From assembly GCA_029717555.1 (NCBI GenBank), contig JAMDHS010000084.1, forward strand, positions 62,001 through 89,402: DNA of 27,402 nt, in the 5' to 3' direction. Below the pieces are notes generated by a model, which had not been told where the DNA came from, searched no databases, and saw nothing but the letters and a program-made list of their open reading frames with translations. Shown here piece by piece: positions 12,343 through 22,500 of the stretch; the stretch's first letter is position 1; every line of letters begins with the position of its first letter. Source of the stretch: Peribolospora baueri. Lineage: Eukaryota. Position numbers and translations under genes: made by a program.

Positions 12343-14145
12343 TCACGATCCCGTCAAACACCCGGCGAGCCAATCCAGGCCTTCTTCGAGACTGACGTGA
12401 CGTGACGTGTTTGCGAGAGGGAGAGGGAGAGCGGCGTTTTTTTTGTCCGGTCAGAACGGATCGGACGGACAGACGGACGGACGGATGGATGGACATCTCT
12501 CTTGTCACGGCAGAGTCGCTTGCGCTCTCAAAGACTCACCCTTTGCCTGTCATCGCGCTGCATCCGACCTGTTTGTTGTTGGGCCCGGGGGGGGGGGGGG
12601 GCGGGCACGGATACGGACACGGACACGGACACAGATGACGGTACGGAAAGAAGGCAAAGGATAGGCCAAGAGCGTGTTAGGAGTCAAGAGTTGCCTACGA
12701 TAGCTGCGGATCAATGAGCCTGGGTGATGACGGGGACGGCCGAACCTCGGACTCACGATCTGCCATTGCCCTATGCGCCGCGTCGAGACGTGCGTGAAAA
12801 AAAAAGGAGTTTAAGTCCGAATTCGACGATGCCAAAAAGACCACTGACGATCGTTGACGAACCGCTCGAGCAACGCCGAAGGGGAAGACGAGGGACAGAC
12901 ACGTCGACGACTCACGATCCTTCAAATTTGTCAGGGACAGGGCCGTAGAGATCTCGGCTGCGGACATGCACCCTCCGATGTCTTGCTTGTTCGCGAACAC
13001 GAGGAGCGGGAGGCCTTTGGTGGCCTGGAGCGGGTGTGCCCGGTGGTCACGAGGTGGGAGAATAAGTATCGTAAGGTGCTGCCGCCTACACGAGACTCCC
13101 GATGACATGATCGTTCCCGCATCGTCGCAGTGTTGGAGTAGAAAAAAAGAGTGAGACAGAGACCAGAAGTCTGCTCACCTCGTCTGCGCAGACTCGGTGC
13201 AGCTCCTCGCGGCCTAGTGATGTTCGCGTCCGGTCAGTGGAGTCAACAACGAAAATCACTGACAGAGCGGGTGTGAGGGACGCAAGAGAGCATGTGAGAG
13301 ATGTACTTCACTATAAAGGTAACAGCATTCTATACCCACCGGCCTTTGTAGCCGTCAGATACTGGCTCCAAGTCTGTCTCAAGCTCGTCTGGCCTCCTAC
13401 GTCCCATCTTTGGCACACGGTCGCGGGGAAATGTTCACACTTGTCAGAACGGATGAAAGACACCTCCAGAACAAGGAAAATGTAAAAACGCACAATGAGA
13501 ATCGAAGATTCTTGTAGGTATAGTTCTCATGATTAGAGCCGACTGTCGGTGCTGTTGCGACCTGTATCACCGAACCATCCAAAGCCACACTCAGCTCTGT
13601 CGTGACGATAGCACGGATGTGAGGGAGAAAGAGGGCTGTCTGACCACAGCGCCCATCGTAATCTGAGGACGTGAGACAAGAAGCATGAAACGGGTCAGAT
13701 GGGACTATCCAAGACATGCACATTATTGGACTTTTGACGATGCTCGATGCCATCAGCAGCACCATAACGCACCTTATACAAGATCGTCGTCTTGCCTGAC
13801 ATGCCGCCGCAACCATGGCCAGCGAAATGTCACGAGTGGTCAGTCGGCCAGGCAATTGGCATCAGCAGACCTTGCTTTCATCAGCAAGTATACAGCGTGA
13901 AACCCTTCTCTAACGGAGTTTCTCCATTGGAAATAGGGCGGCCCACCTGCATTATCGAGACTGGACAGGGACGGGACCGAAACGGCGGTGTCGAGGGGAA
14001 CATTTTGAGATCATAACGAATGGCCGGTGCTTAAGCTGAACAGGTTCTCCTCTCCCGTAATCGTCCCAACTTACCCGAGGATACATATCTTGACTTCTGG
14101 CTGAGAGAAGATCCTTTGCCATAACGTAGAGAAAGTCACGCCCAT
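12343..14145 (-). CDS. ARL5: ARF-like small GTPase, ARL5 type (180 aa); 11 exons: 14145-14075, 13960-13947, 13795-13773, 13662-13645, 13561-13494, 13407-13340, 13258-13179, 13024-12916, 12770-12757, 12568-12540, 12391-12343
   Basis: Spliced product: MGVTFSTLWQRIFSQPEVKICILGLDNAGKTTILYKITMGAVVATAPTVGSNHENYTYKNLRFSLWDVGGQTSLRQTWSQYLTATKAVIFVVDSTDRTRTSLGREELHRVCADEATKGLPLLVFANKQDIGGCMSAAEISTALSLTNLKDRQWQIVGCSAMTGKGLEEGLDWLAGCLTGS. It has Gly2 for myristoylation and G1 GLDNAGKT, G3 WDVGGQ, G4 NKQD and G5 CSA. PTVGSN (not PTIGFN) and GCMSAAEIS resemble ARL5. Exons sum to 543 nt. Confidence 0.9.
12587..12601 (+). repeat. G15 homopolymer followed by (ACACGG)n-like repeat in ARL5 intron 9
   Basis: Read directly from the sequence. 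Confidence 0.85.
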
Positions 14146-14502
14146 GCTTGCTGCTGCTGACTTAGCCGCCTCTTCCGCTTCTTCCCCTGGGACGCGGGCC
14201 GCTCTATTTGCCCTAACCGCGAAAACAATTTATGAAAATGCTGGGTTTGATCAGCAAATATATCTGCCGTTCTTTGTCACTTCGACGAAAGAGGCACTGA
14301 CCGGCACTTATGGGTCGTCAGTGACCTGCGAAGGATAGATAGATGTACATTCGCCAGCGGCGCCCGGCATTATCAGCGCCGGCACTTTCACCGTTTATCA
14401 CCGAGTCGATCACTTGTCGGTTGCGGTCTGCCAGTCGATGATTGCACTCTCGCTCTCCTTCCTTTCGCTCCTTGCACTCGTCGACAGAGCTAACAACGCT
14501 TC
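14146..14502. promoter_or_regulatory. Short divergent intergenic region between ARL5 and the GPALPP1-like gene (probable bidirectional promoter)
   Basis: 357 nt between two outward-facing ATGs. It is lower in GC than the flanks and has a CT-rich tract (14446-14480) just before the plus-strand ATG. Confidence 0.6.
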
Positions 14503-16360
14503 ATGATTGGCCCGACAGTCCCCTCCCATATCCAGAAGCGCAAGGAGGCCCCTGCCGAAGAAGAAGGCGCGGTCGCGGACAAAGTCGCCGCCAATGCGTC
14601 TTCCTCCACAGGGCCGATGCCCGGCCCTCGGATACCTGAGCGTCGCTTAGGAAAGAGGGCGAGGAAGGACGAGCAAGGCAAGGAAGAGGAAGACCGTGCG
14701 TCGAGTGCTTCAGGTGAGAGCGGCCTCCTTTTTGCGAAGCTCTCAAAGCTTGACTTGGTTTGCCGCCTCTCTTATTTTTTCCGCCTTTACCCTGCCCTCC
14801 TTCCGTCTCTGCGTATTGCCTTAACGTCTGGGACAGACTACTCCCGGTCGCCCTCCCCTGTTGCTTCCGATGAAAAGGAAAAGCGCGTTCTCGGACCCTC
14901 CATGCCTCCCGGATGGTCTGGAAGACGGTCAGATGATGAGGAAGAGAGCATGTCTCAGAGCGACGAGAGCGACGAGGACGTCGGACCCGCTCCTTTGCCA
15001 GAGGGCGTCACGGTCGACGACTCACAGTCCGGGGTTCAAGAATTCCTGGAGAGGGAGAGGAGGAGGACGGAGGCTGAGGTGGTGAGTGACGTTGGCGATC
15101 TGGCGATCTTGGTAACAAGGACCGCGAGGCCTTTTCCCTAATCGTCGATCGATTCGCCTTTACATGCACGTCCATGAATCGTTAGGAAGCGGCAAGGCCA
15201 AAGGTGGTCAAGCGGGAGGAATGGATGATTAAGCCTCCAGAGGCCGTTGACTTGCTGGCTTGTGAGCGATTGCGAACGTATGGAACTCTCGTGACGCTCC
15301 TCCCTGACCTTTGGCCCTCTTTTTTGACTGCACTCGCAGCCATGGATCCAACCAAGCTCCGCGGACGAACCTTCTCAAAGAAAGCGGACGTTGGAAAGAA
15401 GGAGAACTCGCTGTGGACGGAGACGCCTGAGGAGAAGGAGCAGCGCCTGGCCGACGAGGTCAGCGGTAAGAAGCGGAAAGCCCATGAGGAGCCCGTCATG
15501 ACCGAGGAAGAGATGGACAGAGTGCGGCTGTCTGCTCGTCGGGACGCTGAGATGAGGAGACGCATTGAGGAGCACGTGAGTACCATTGAACGGCCTTGAG
15601 ATTTGCTCATTTCGACGTGCGAGTCTCTAACGTAACCACTTTGAATTCCGTTTGTAGGATCCGTCGCGTACAAAGTCACTTCTCCAGATGCACCAGTCCG
15701 ACCGCAGAAAAGACAAGGAAAGGGAACGACGGAAAGAGAAGGAGCGAGAGGAACTGAAAGAAAAGGAGAGGGACCGTGACCGGGAGAAGGAGAAGGAAAA
15801 GGAGCGGGAACGAGCGGATGACCCCCATCGGTCCAAACCGAGGCATTCTTCTTCGTCCAAGCACAAGGACGAGGATCGGCACCATCACAGGGATGACCGG
15901 CGGCATCGACACAGGGACGAAGATCGGCATCGCCATCGAGACGACGACCGACATCATCATCATCATCATCATCATCATGGGGACAAACATCGACATCGGG
16001 ATAAAGAGCGGGAACGAGAAAAGAGGCGAGCGGAGAAGAAAGAGAGGAAGCAGCTGGAGGAGATGGCGATGGATTTGAAGGAAAAGGAGAAGGAGAAGGA
16101 ATGGGGAGGTAAGGTGTCCACGGACGAGCCAAGTGCGGCGCCAGCTTTCTGGGGTGAGTGTCGTTGCGCCGTCCTTGTCTTCTTACGTTCTTCGGGACGG
16201 AAAGTGCTAAGAAAACAGGCATTTTGCGCCTGCAGATCACGAAAAGATGATGTCGGTTGGGAGCCGCCTGATGGACGAGAAAACGCGGCAAAAGCACATC
16301 AAAGATAGCCTTGCTCTCAGCAGTCGCTTCGGCGCCTCTTCGCGTGGCAGGTTTCTGTGA
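14503..16360 (+). CDS. GPALPP1: GPALPP1 / DUF3752 family protein (~462 aa); exons 14503-14713, 14837-15081, 15186-15261, 15340-15575, 15658-16153, 16236-16360
   Basis: Repeated GP-x-x-P motifs (MIGPTVP, GPMPGP, LGPSMPP, VGPAPLP), then KREEWMIKPP, MDPTKLRGRTF, SLWTETPEEKEQRL, RTKSLLQMHQ and C-terminal WDHEKMM...SSRFGASSRGRFL*. This matches the DUF3752 motif order, and all introns are GT-AG and frame-consistent. Confidence 0.88.
15952..15978 (+). repeat. (CAT)9 coding microsatellite, poly-His tract
   Basis: Nine CAT codons in frame in exon 5 of the GPALPP1-like gene. Confidence 0.95.
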
Positions 16361-16757
16361 TTGCTCGCATGCCATTTCGGTCGTCCGCTGAGTTCTCGGC
16401 GGGGCCCGCGAGGGTGGGCGGCTGGGGGTGGGAAGAGGAAAGACCCGAATCGCATGTGACCTCATGTATATGTGCCGCCGAGACGATTCATGTAGCATTG
16501 TGTATGATGAGATGCCGACTCGGATGCGTCGGCGGGAGGCGGCGGAGGAGATCGGTTATCGTCGATCGCGTCGTCGGGCTCGACTGTGAGAGACACCTCC
16601 AGCTCGTTTGTTGATATCCCTGCGCATTCGCAAACAGCTTCGATCTTGTTTCGGTCTGGTTCGGTTATGAGCGCTCGCTGGCGAGGGTCTCGCCACTCTT
16701 GCCGCCTGCTTTCATCTCCTGAAGGGTGAACACAGCATCGCGGAGTATCGACACACC

Positions 16758-19194
16758 ATGACGGATCCCAACAGCAACGACTGGGCCAGCATGGAAGATG
16801 CAGGAGCGTCGGCGGATTCCGGCCAAGGCAACAGCATGCAGGCCGACTCTGGCTCTCGATCTATTACTATCGGTGGGCCTCCGCCGAGGCAAGCTGCCCC
16901 CATCCCCGTCTTCACCACCCACTCAAACGCCTTTGGCCTCCCCATCTCTTCATCCTCTGCCTCGTCACCCACGCAGGCAGGGCAGCTGGTTGATGGCGGC
17001 CATACCGTGCTAGATGCATATCCACTATACGCTAGGTGGGCGCCGAGGTATAGGAGGATGAGCGCGCTCGGGAAGGAGATTACGAGGGGCGAGATCGAAG
17101 ACGAGGATGAGGACGAGGATGGCAACGCGGACGGAGAGCCAGGGCCCGAAGCAGGGGGCGGATCAGCGACGCGGACGCGAGGCGGAGGCGACAAAGAGAG
17201 CTTCGGCGCTTCGACATCGGACCTCAAACAGCCCGCATTCACCTTCTTCACCACCTCTTCCGACAAACCTCCTCTCTCCGGGCTCTTTTCGACGACTGGC
17301 CGGGACGGCGGCAGCACCAATCTATGGGGCGGGCGTACGACGTTCTTTCCTTCTTCCTCGTCCAGCGCTGCCTTCGGAGGCTTACGCACGCCGGGGACCA
17401 CGCCGGGCACGCGAACGAGCTGCTCGAGTGAATCCCAAAGTGAGCGCAGCTCTCCCGTGCACTGGACTTCTGGGGACAGCGGGGCGAACAGCGCGGGCAA
17501 TGCGGTCGCAGACAGCGATATGAACATGATGCACCTCGATACGCCCGGGTCATCGCCACGTTCTCAGGGTCGGGACTTTTCCCAAGGCACCAACGAAGGG
17601 GTCGGGGATGGGGAAGGGTACCGGACGGGGACGCAAAGGTCACGTTCTAACCCTCTGTCTTCCCGGCCGCCATCGACGCCTCCACCGGTGCACCAAAGGA
17701 GGTTTAGGGCATCCTCCGTTCTCGGGTCGTCGACGCACGACGACGGCGGCGGCGGGGAGTTGGACCGACCGGTGGGGCTAGCTCTGGGGAGGAGGACGAG
17801 CGAGGAGAACACCTCCAAGGGGGATGATATGGAGACGGTCAGCAACCCGAGTAGTACACCACGGAGCGTCGGTCCGGTGCGAAGGCCTGTGCGGCGAGGG
17901 AATCTCTATGTGAGCGAATCCTCTGCGGTGCTATCTGAGGCTCTGAGACGGTCCTCTAGTGGTATGACGCTACTGTCCGTCTTCGGCGCGATCCTGCTGA
18001 CGTACTCGCTGCTGTTTCCCCTCCCCACTTGTAGCCGAAAACCAAGGGTTTCTCCCGTGTCATGTCCTCTTTGCAAGACGAATCACGGCCCACGGAGAAA
18101 GAGTACAAGGCGGAAGCGGCGCTACAGCGAATCATCAAGGGTACTGACGCTCCTCGGACGCCGCGTTCTTCGTTCAAGGCACGACAGGGTGCGACCTCCC
18201 TGGATGACGTCGACGACGACGACGACGACGAGGGTGTATTCGACGGATCGCGCAGCGGGGGCCCGGGAGGCACCGGCTCGCGTGCTAGCGCGGCCGCTTC
18301 CTCTGACAGCTCGGACGGAGAGGACAGAGGCGGCCAAGGCCGCGCTCGCAGCCTGGAGACGGATACGCTTTCGTCTTCGTTCACCAGCGCCGGCAGAGGA
18401 GGTTCGGCGATGTTGGAGAGCGACGATGCCGAGAGCGAGGCGGTGGCCGGGCACGACGAGCAGCGACGGACTTGGCTTGGGTTCAGGGACCGTAACAACT
18501 CTCCGTTTGGAGGATACCTCGCTTCCAGCGGCATGCCTCGAAACTCTCCAGGTAGCGACCGAGGAGCTGGCGTATTCTCCACCATCTCCAAGTCGAACGC
18601 GAACTGGATGGAGGTCGAGAACGGTCCGATCTCGAGCAGTGGCTCCGGGAGGGAGAGCGTGCCGCCGAGCCCGAGCTTGTGGCAGGCCGCCGTGGGACGA
18701 AGCAATAAGAGGAAGCGTGAGTGTCAATGCATCGACCGGGCCTCTGGTACTGGCACGGACGTGGCGAAATGCTCATGCCGGATGCGACTCTTTTGTCTTC
18801 CCCGTGTTTAGTTGCCGATGACCGCTTCGAGGAGTATTCAACCGCCTTTAAGCGACGAGCCGTCTCACCGGTGACATTTATGACGTCGCCTGCCCAGCTC
18901 TCATCCCCAAGCAGTCGACCGCCGGCGAACAAGGGTAGCGCTGGCGTAGGGTCGAGCACGACAACCATCTCGACCGGCGTCTCGCCGTCGCCCACCAATT
19001 CCTGTTTTCCTACGATGCTCGGCCCTCCAAGCCTTCCGCCAACGCCGGGCCTCTCCGGCGGCAGCGGTCCCGGTTTCGGCAGCGGCGCGTTGGGCCTCAA
19101 TCTCAACTGTGCTATTGGCATCGGCCGCGAGAAGGAGGAGGGGGAGGAGGTGGGCGACGCGGACGATGGACTGGGCAGGATGTCCCTTTCATGA
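16758..19194 (+). CDS. Fungal hypothetical protein, mostly disordered (~738 aa); exons 16758-17909, 18035-18716, 18812-19194
   Basis: Two GT-AG introns join three ORFs in frame and create the continuous motifs RRPVRRGNLY|PKTKGFSRVMSSLQDESRPTEKEYKAEA and NKRK|LADDRFEEYSTAFKRRAVSP. It also has N-terminal WAPRYRRMSALGKEI and C-terminal DDGLGRMSLS. I recall similar blocks in uncharacterised fungal proteins (not verified by search). Confidence 0.82.
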
Positions 19195-19553
19195 ACGTAA
19201 TATCTGTCCCACTGCATCGTGCCAAGTTTTCACGTCTTGTCTTTCGGGCCTCGAGGAATGGAGACGGTGGAGTGCAACACCGCGCTGACGGCTTCAGCCA
19301 CGAACACATCCAAACGTTCCTCTTAGCCCGTAGCCATTAGGACTCTACACGATGTGCCCTGCACGTCTCCCGAGCAAAAAAAAAAGGAATGCGCTCGCTC
19401 GGTTCCCGCTCGAACGAAAGGATGTCCAGCCACGATTCCAAGAATGATAAAGATATTGGCCCAAAATCCACCAGCTTCCGTTGCGATCTCAAAGGCGATT
19501 CCAGCGTCACGACGAGTGCAAAGCAAAGCAGATACAGAAGGTCCCTTCGGAGT

Positions 19554-22500
19554 TTAACGTCTCTTCTCGACTTCGACGCCGTCCGCCACCTTCTTGAGCA
19601 GTTCGTACTCTCCCGAACGTCGACAGAGTTCCGCTGTGCCATCGACCGGGCCCCAAACGAAGAAAACGGTCAGCAAGGCGAGCAAGCTCGACGATGGATG
19701 GAGGGAGGGCGAAAAAGGCAAACGCACAGAAGACGGAGTCGTCTCTCCTCAACAGATTTGCCGGCGTGTCGTATTCCACGAGGGTTCCTTTGTCCAAGAC
19801 GAGAATACGGTCGTAGCTGCTCACACGTTCAAACGAGGGCGGACGCAGGGGTGAGTGAGCGAGACGGCAACCTTTGGCTGGGGTAGAACGGGATGCGATC
19901 CACTCACTCGCTGAAACAGCCAAAAAGGACGAGGAAAGAGAACGAGGGGGGCGGAGACATCCAGCGCGACCCAGAGAGTAAAATCAATCTGGTCAAAGAA
20001 GTGCTCGTCAGAGGCAAGGTTGAAAAAGCGGTGGCTCACATGACTGTTCTCAATCGGTGAGCGATGGTCAAGATGGTCGCTTGTGGCGCCATCTCTTGTC
20101 GAATGGTTTTCTGAATCTGCTCGTCGGACCTGCAAGACAAGGAGGCGGAAGGCGAAGGAGCACGTAAGAATCGCCAGGAAGAAGACTTGACTGATCCAAG
20201 GTCTCACGAACGCCTCCGTCACTCACGCATGATCGAGGTTGGCCGTCGACTCGTCCAAGATCAAGATGCGTGAGTCGCGCAATTTCAGGAGGCCACGGGC
20301 GAGCGCGAGGAGCTGCTTTTGGCCGGTGGAAAAGTTCTTTCCGTTCTGCTCCACGTCTTGCTCCAAGCTTGTGATGATGGTCCTCTCCGATCCATTCTCT
20401 TCCTCCTCCTCCTCCTCCTCTTCCTCCCCGCCGGTCTGTCCTTCGATGATAGAAGGGGTCCTACTGGCCGCCCGAGAAGCGGACCGACTGGCGGCGCGGC
20501 TGGCGGCGCGGCTGGCGGCCCGACTGGCGGCTGGCGTGGCCATGCCGACCTTGATGAGCGCGTCCCAAAGTTCCGAGTCCTCGTGGGCGCCGAAGGGATC
20601 GAGGTTGGACCTCACGGTGCCCTTGAACAGGTCCGGGTGTTGAGGGATGAGCGTGAGGCGGGAGCGAAGGGCGGAGAGATGGAGATTGCCAATGTCGATG
20701 CCGTCGATCACGATCCGTCCCTCTTCGGCCTCGAGGAAGCGGAAGAAGGCGAGGGTGAGCGTGGACTTTCCGCTGCCGGTGCGACCGACGATGCCGATCT
20801 TCTCCATCGGCTTCACCTCGAAGCTGATCTTTTTCAACGCCTGAGAGAACTGAGGCGCGTACCGAACCGAGAGGCCCTCCACAGAGATACCGCTGCTGGA
20901 CGAAGGCCAATAGGCCGGCGGCAGGTCGCCGCCCTGCTTCTCGGACTCAACCTCGAGGTATTCGGCACTGAACGGCAGGACAAGGTCAGTGTCAGCGTCG
21001 GGTCTTACCGTTCCATGCGCAGTGGCTCAGGCCTGCTCACATTCTCTCGACGCTGTTCATGTTCAGCTCGACCTGAGAAACAGAAAGCGAGGAAAGACAT
21101 GAGAAATCGACGATGGCAAGCTTGGACGCGTTGGCTAGATGACAAAGAGGATGGATGAGGCTCACCTGGGAGTACAGCCGGACGACCCAGAGGACATGTT
21201 CGGTGAAAGAGATGCTGTACGACAAGGAGAAGCCGGCGAGAGCAGGATCGACGTCGGTCTTGAGGAGGAGGAACATGGCGGCGAAAAACGAGACGAGAGC
21301 ACCGGCGATGTCCACTGCGAGACGGGAAGGTGACAAAAAAAAAAAAAAAAAAAAAAAAAAAGGTCAGGCGAGCGCCGCACGCGGACGGAGGAAGGCACGA
21401 ACTCGTTGCCATCGCCTCGTCGCCCTCATCACCCTCGCCACCAGGTCGCTCACCCCGAATTGAAAGCCAGCGGTTCTCAAGCCACATGAAAAGGAACGGT
21501 CGACTGCCGGAATGGAACGAGAAGGAGCGCGTCAGTGAGCGAGCGAGCGAGCGAACGAACGCACGCGAGCCGTCGTCGTCCCTGTCGTCGTCGTCCCCGT
21601 CGAAAAGGATCCTTGGCGGGACGACGACTCACTTGGCAACATCGATGAGCCTCAGCGCCTTCCTCGTGAAGCGGGCCGCGTCTCCGTAAGCGCGAACAGA
21701 GACGACGCCGCCGAGGACTTCGCCGACGAGGGTGTAGATGGGCGAGCGGGCGACCGACTCGATGCGCTTGAGGTCACGGGAGGATGAAATGTAAAGGGAG
21801 CCGATGATCCAATAGATGGCGATGATCAGGACAGCGGCGAAGATGAAGAGCGGGGTGGCGTAGATGACGACTAGAAGAACGGCCAGGCTGCTGAGAGCAG
21901 AGTCGATGAGGAACAGGACCGACGGCGCGAGGTCCTGGTCGATCGTCTCCGTGTCCTTTGTCAGGCGGTTCATGATTCTACGAGGGAGGGACGTGGTGGT
22001 CATGCCGACATACGTGAGCGGTCATCCATCCACGTCTGCGAGGCAGTCATCCATCGAGGAAGGACCGACGGCCGGCCGGCCACCCACCTTCCGACGGGCG
22101 TCTTGTCGAACCAAGTCGGCTTGGCAGACAGGATGGCTCGAATCAATTGGTCGTAGAGCCTCTGCGAAGCGCGCAAGGAGCCATAATATTGCGTCCCGTC
22201 CTGAAAAATCGGAAAGGAAAGCCAGCGAACGCAACGCAACGTGATCAACCTCGCCCTTGCCTAACTGAGCGACCACAGGCAGGCAGGCAGCTCACTCACC
22301 CTCACAAAGATGAGAGCGACGAAGAAGACGCCGATGGCGAGATAGACGGACAAATACCACACCGTCTGGTCCTGGTCCTGGTCCTCGGTCTGCGCCCGCA
22401 CGCCTCCTCCACCACCACCGTCGCTCTGCACAAAGACGGCCATGACGAAGCGGGAAAGGCGGAACTGAACAGAAGTCTGGACGTCGTCGTACGAAGCCGC

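Noticed and set aside
15182..16498. 438-aa minus-strand ORF
   Set aside because: Antisense to the GPALPP1-like exons and dominated by the complement of the charged repeat.
17910..18821. Read-through of the 687-aa ORF as one exon (apparent frameshift or overlap)
   Set aside because: Explained by the canonical 125-nt intron 17910-18034; no frameshift needed.
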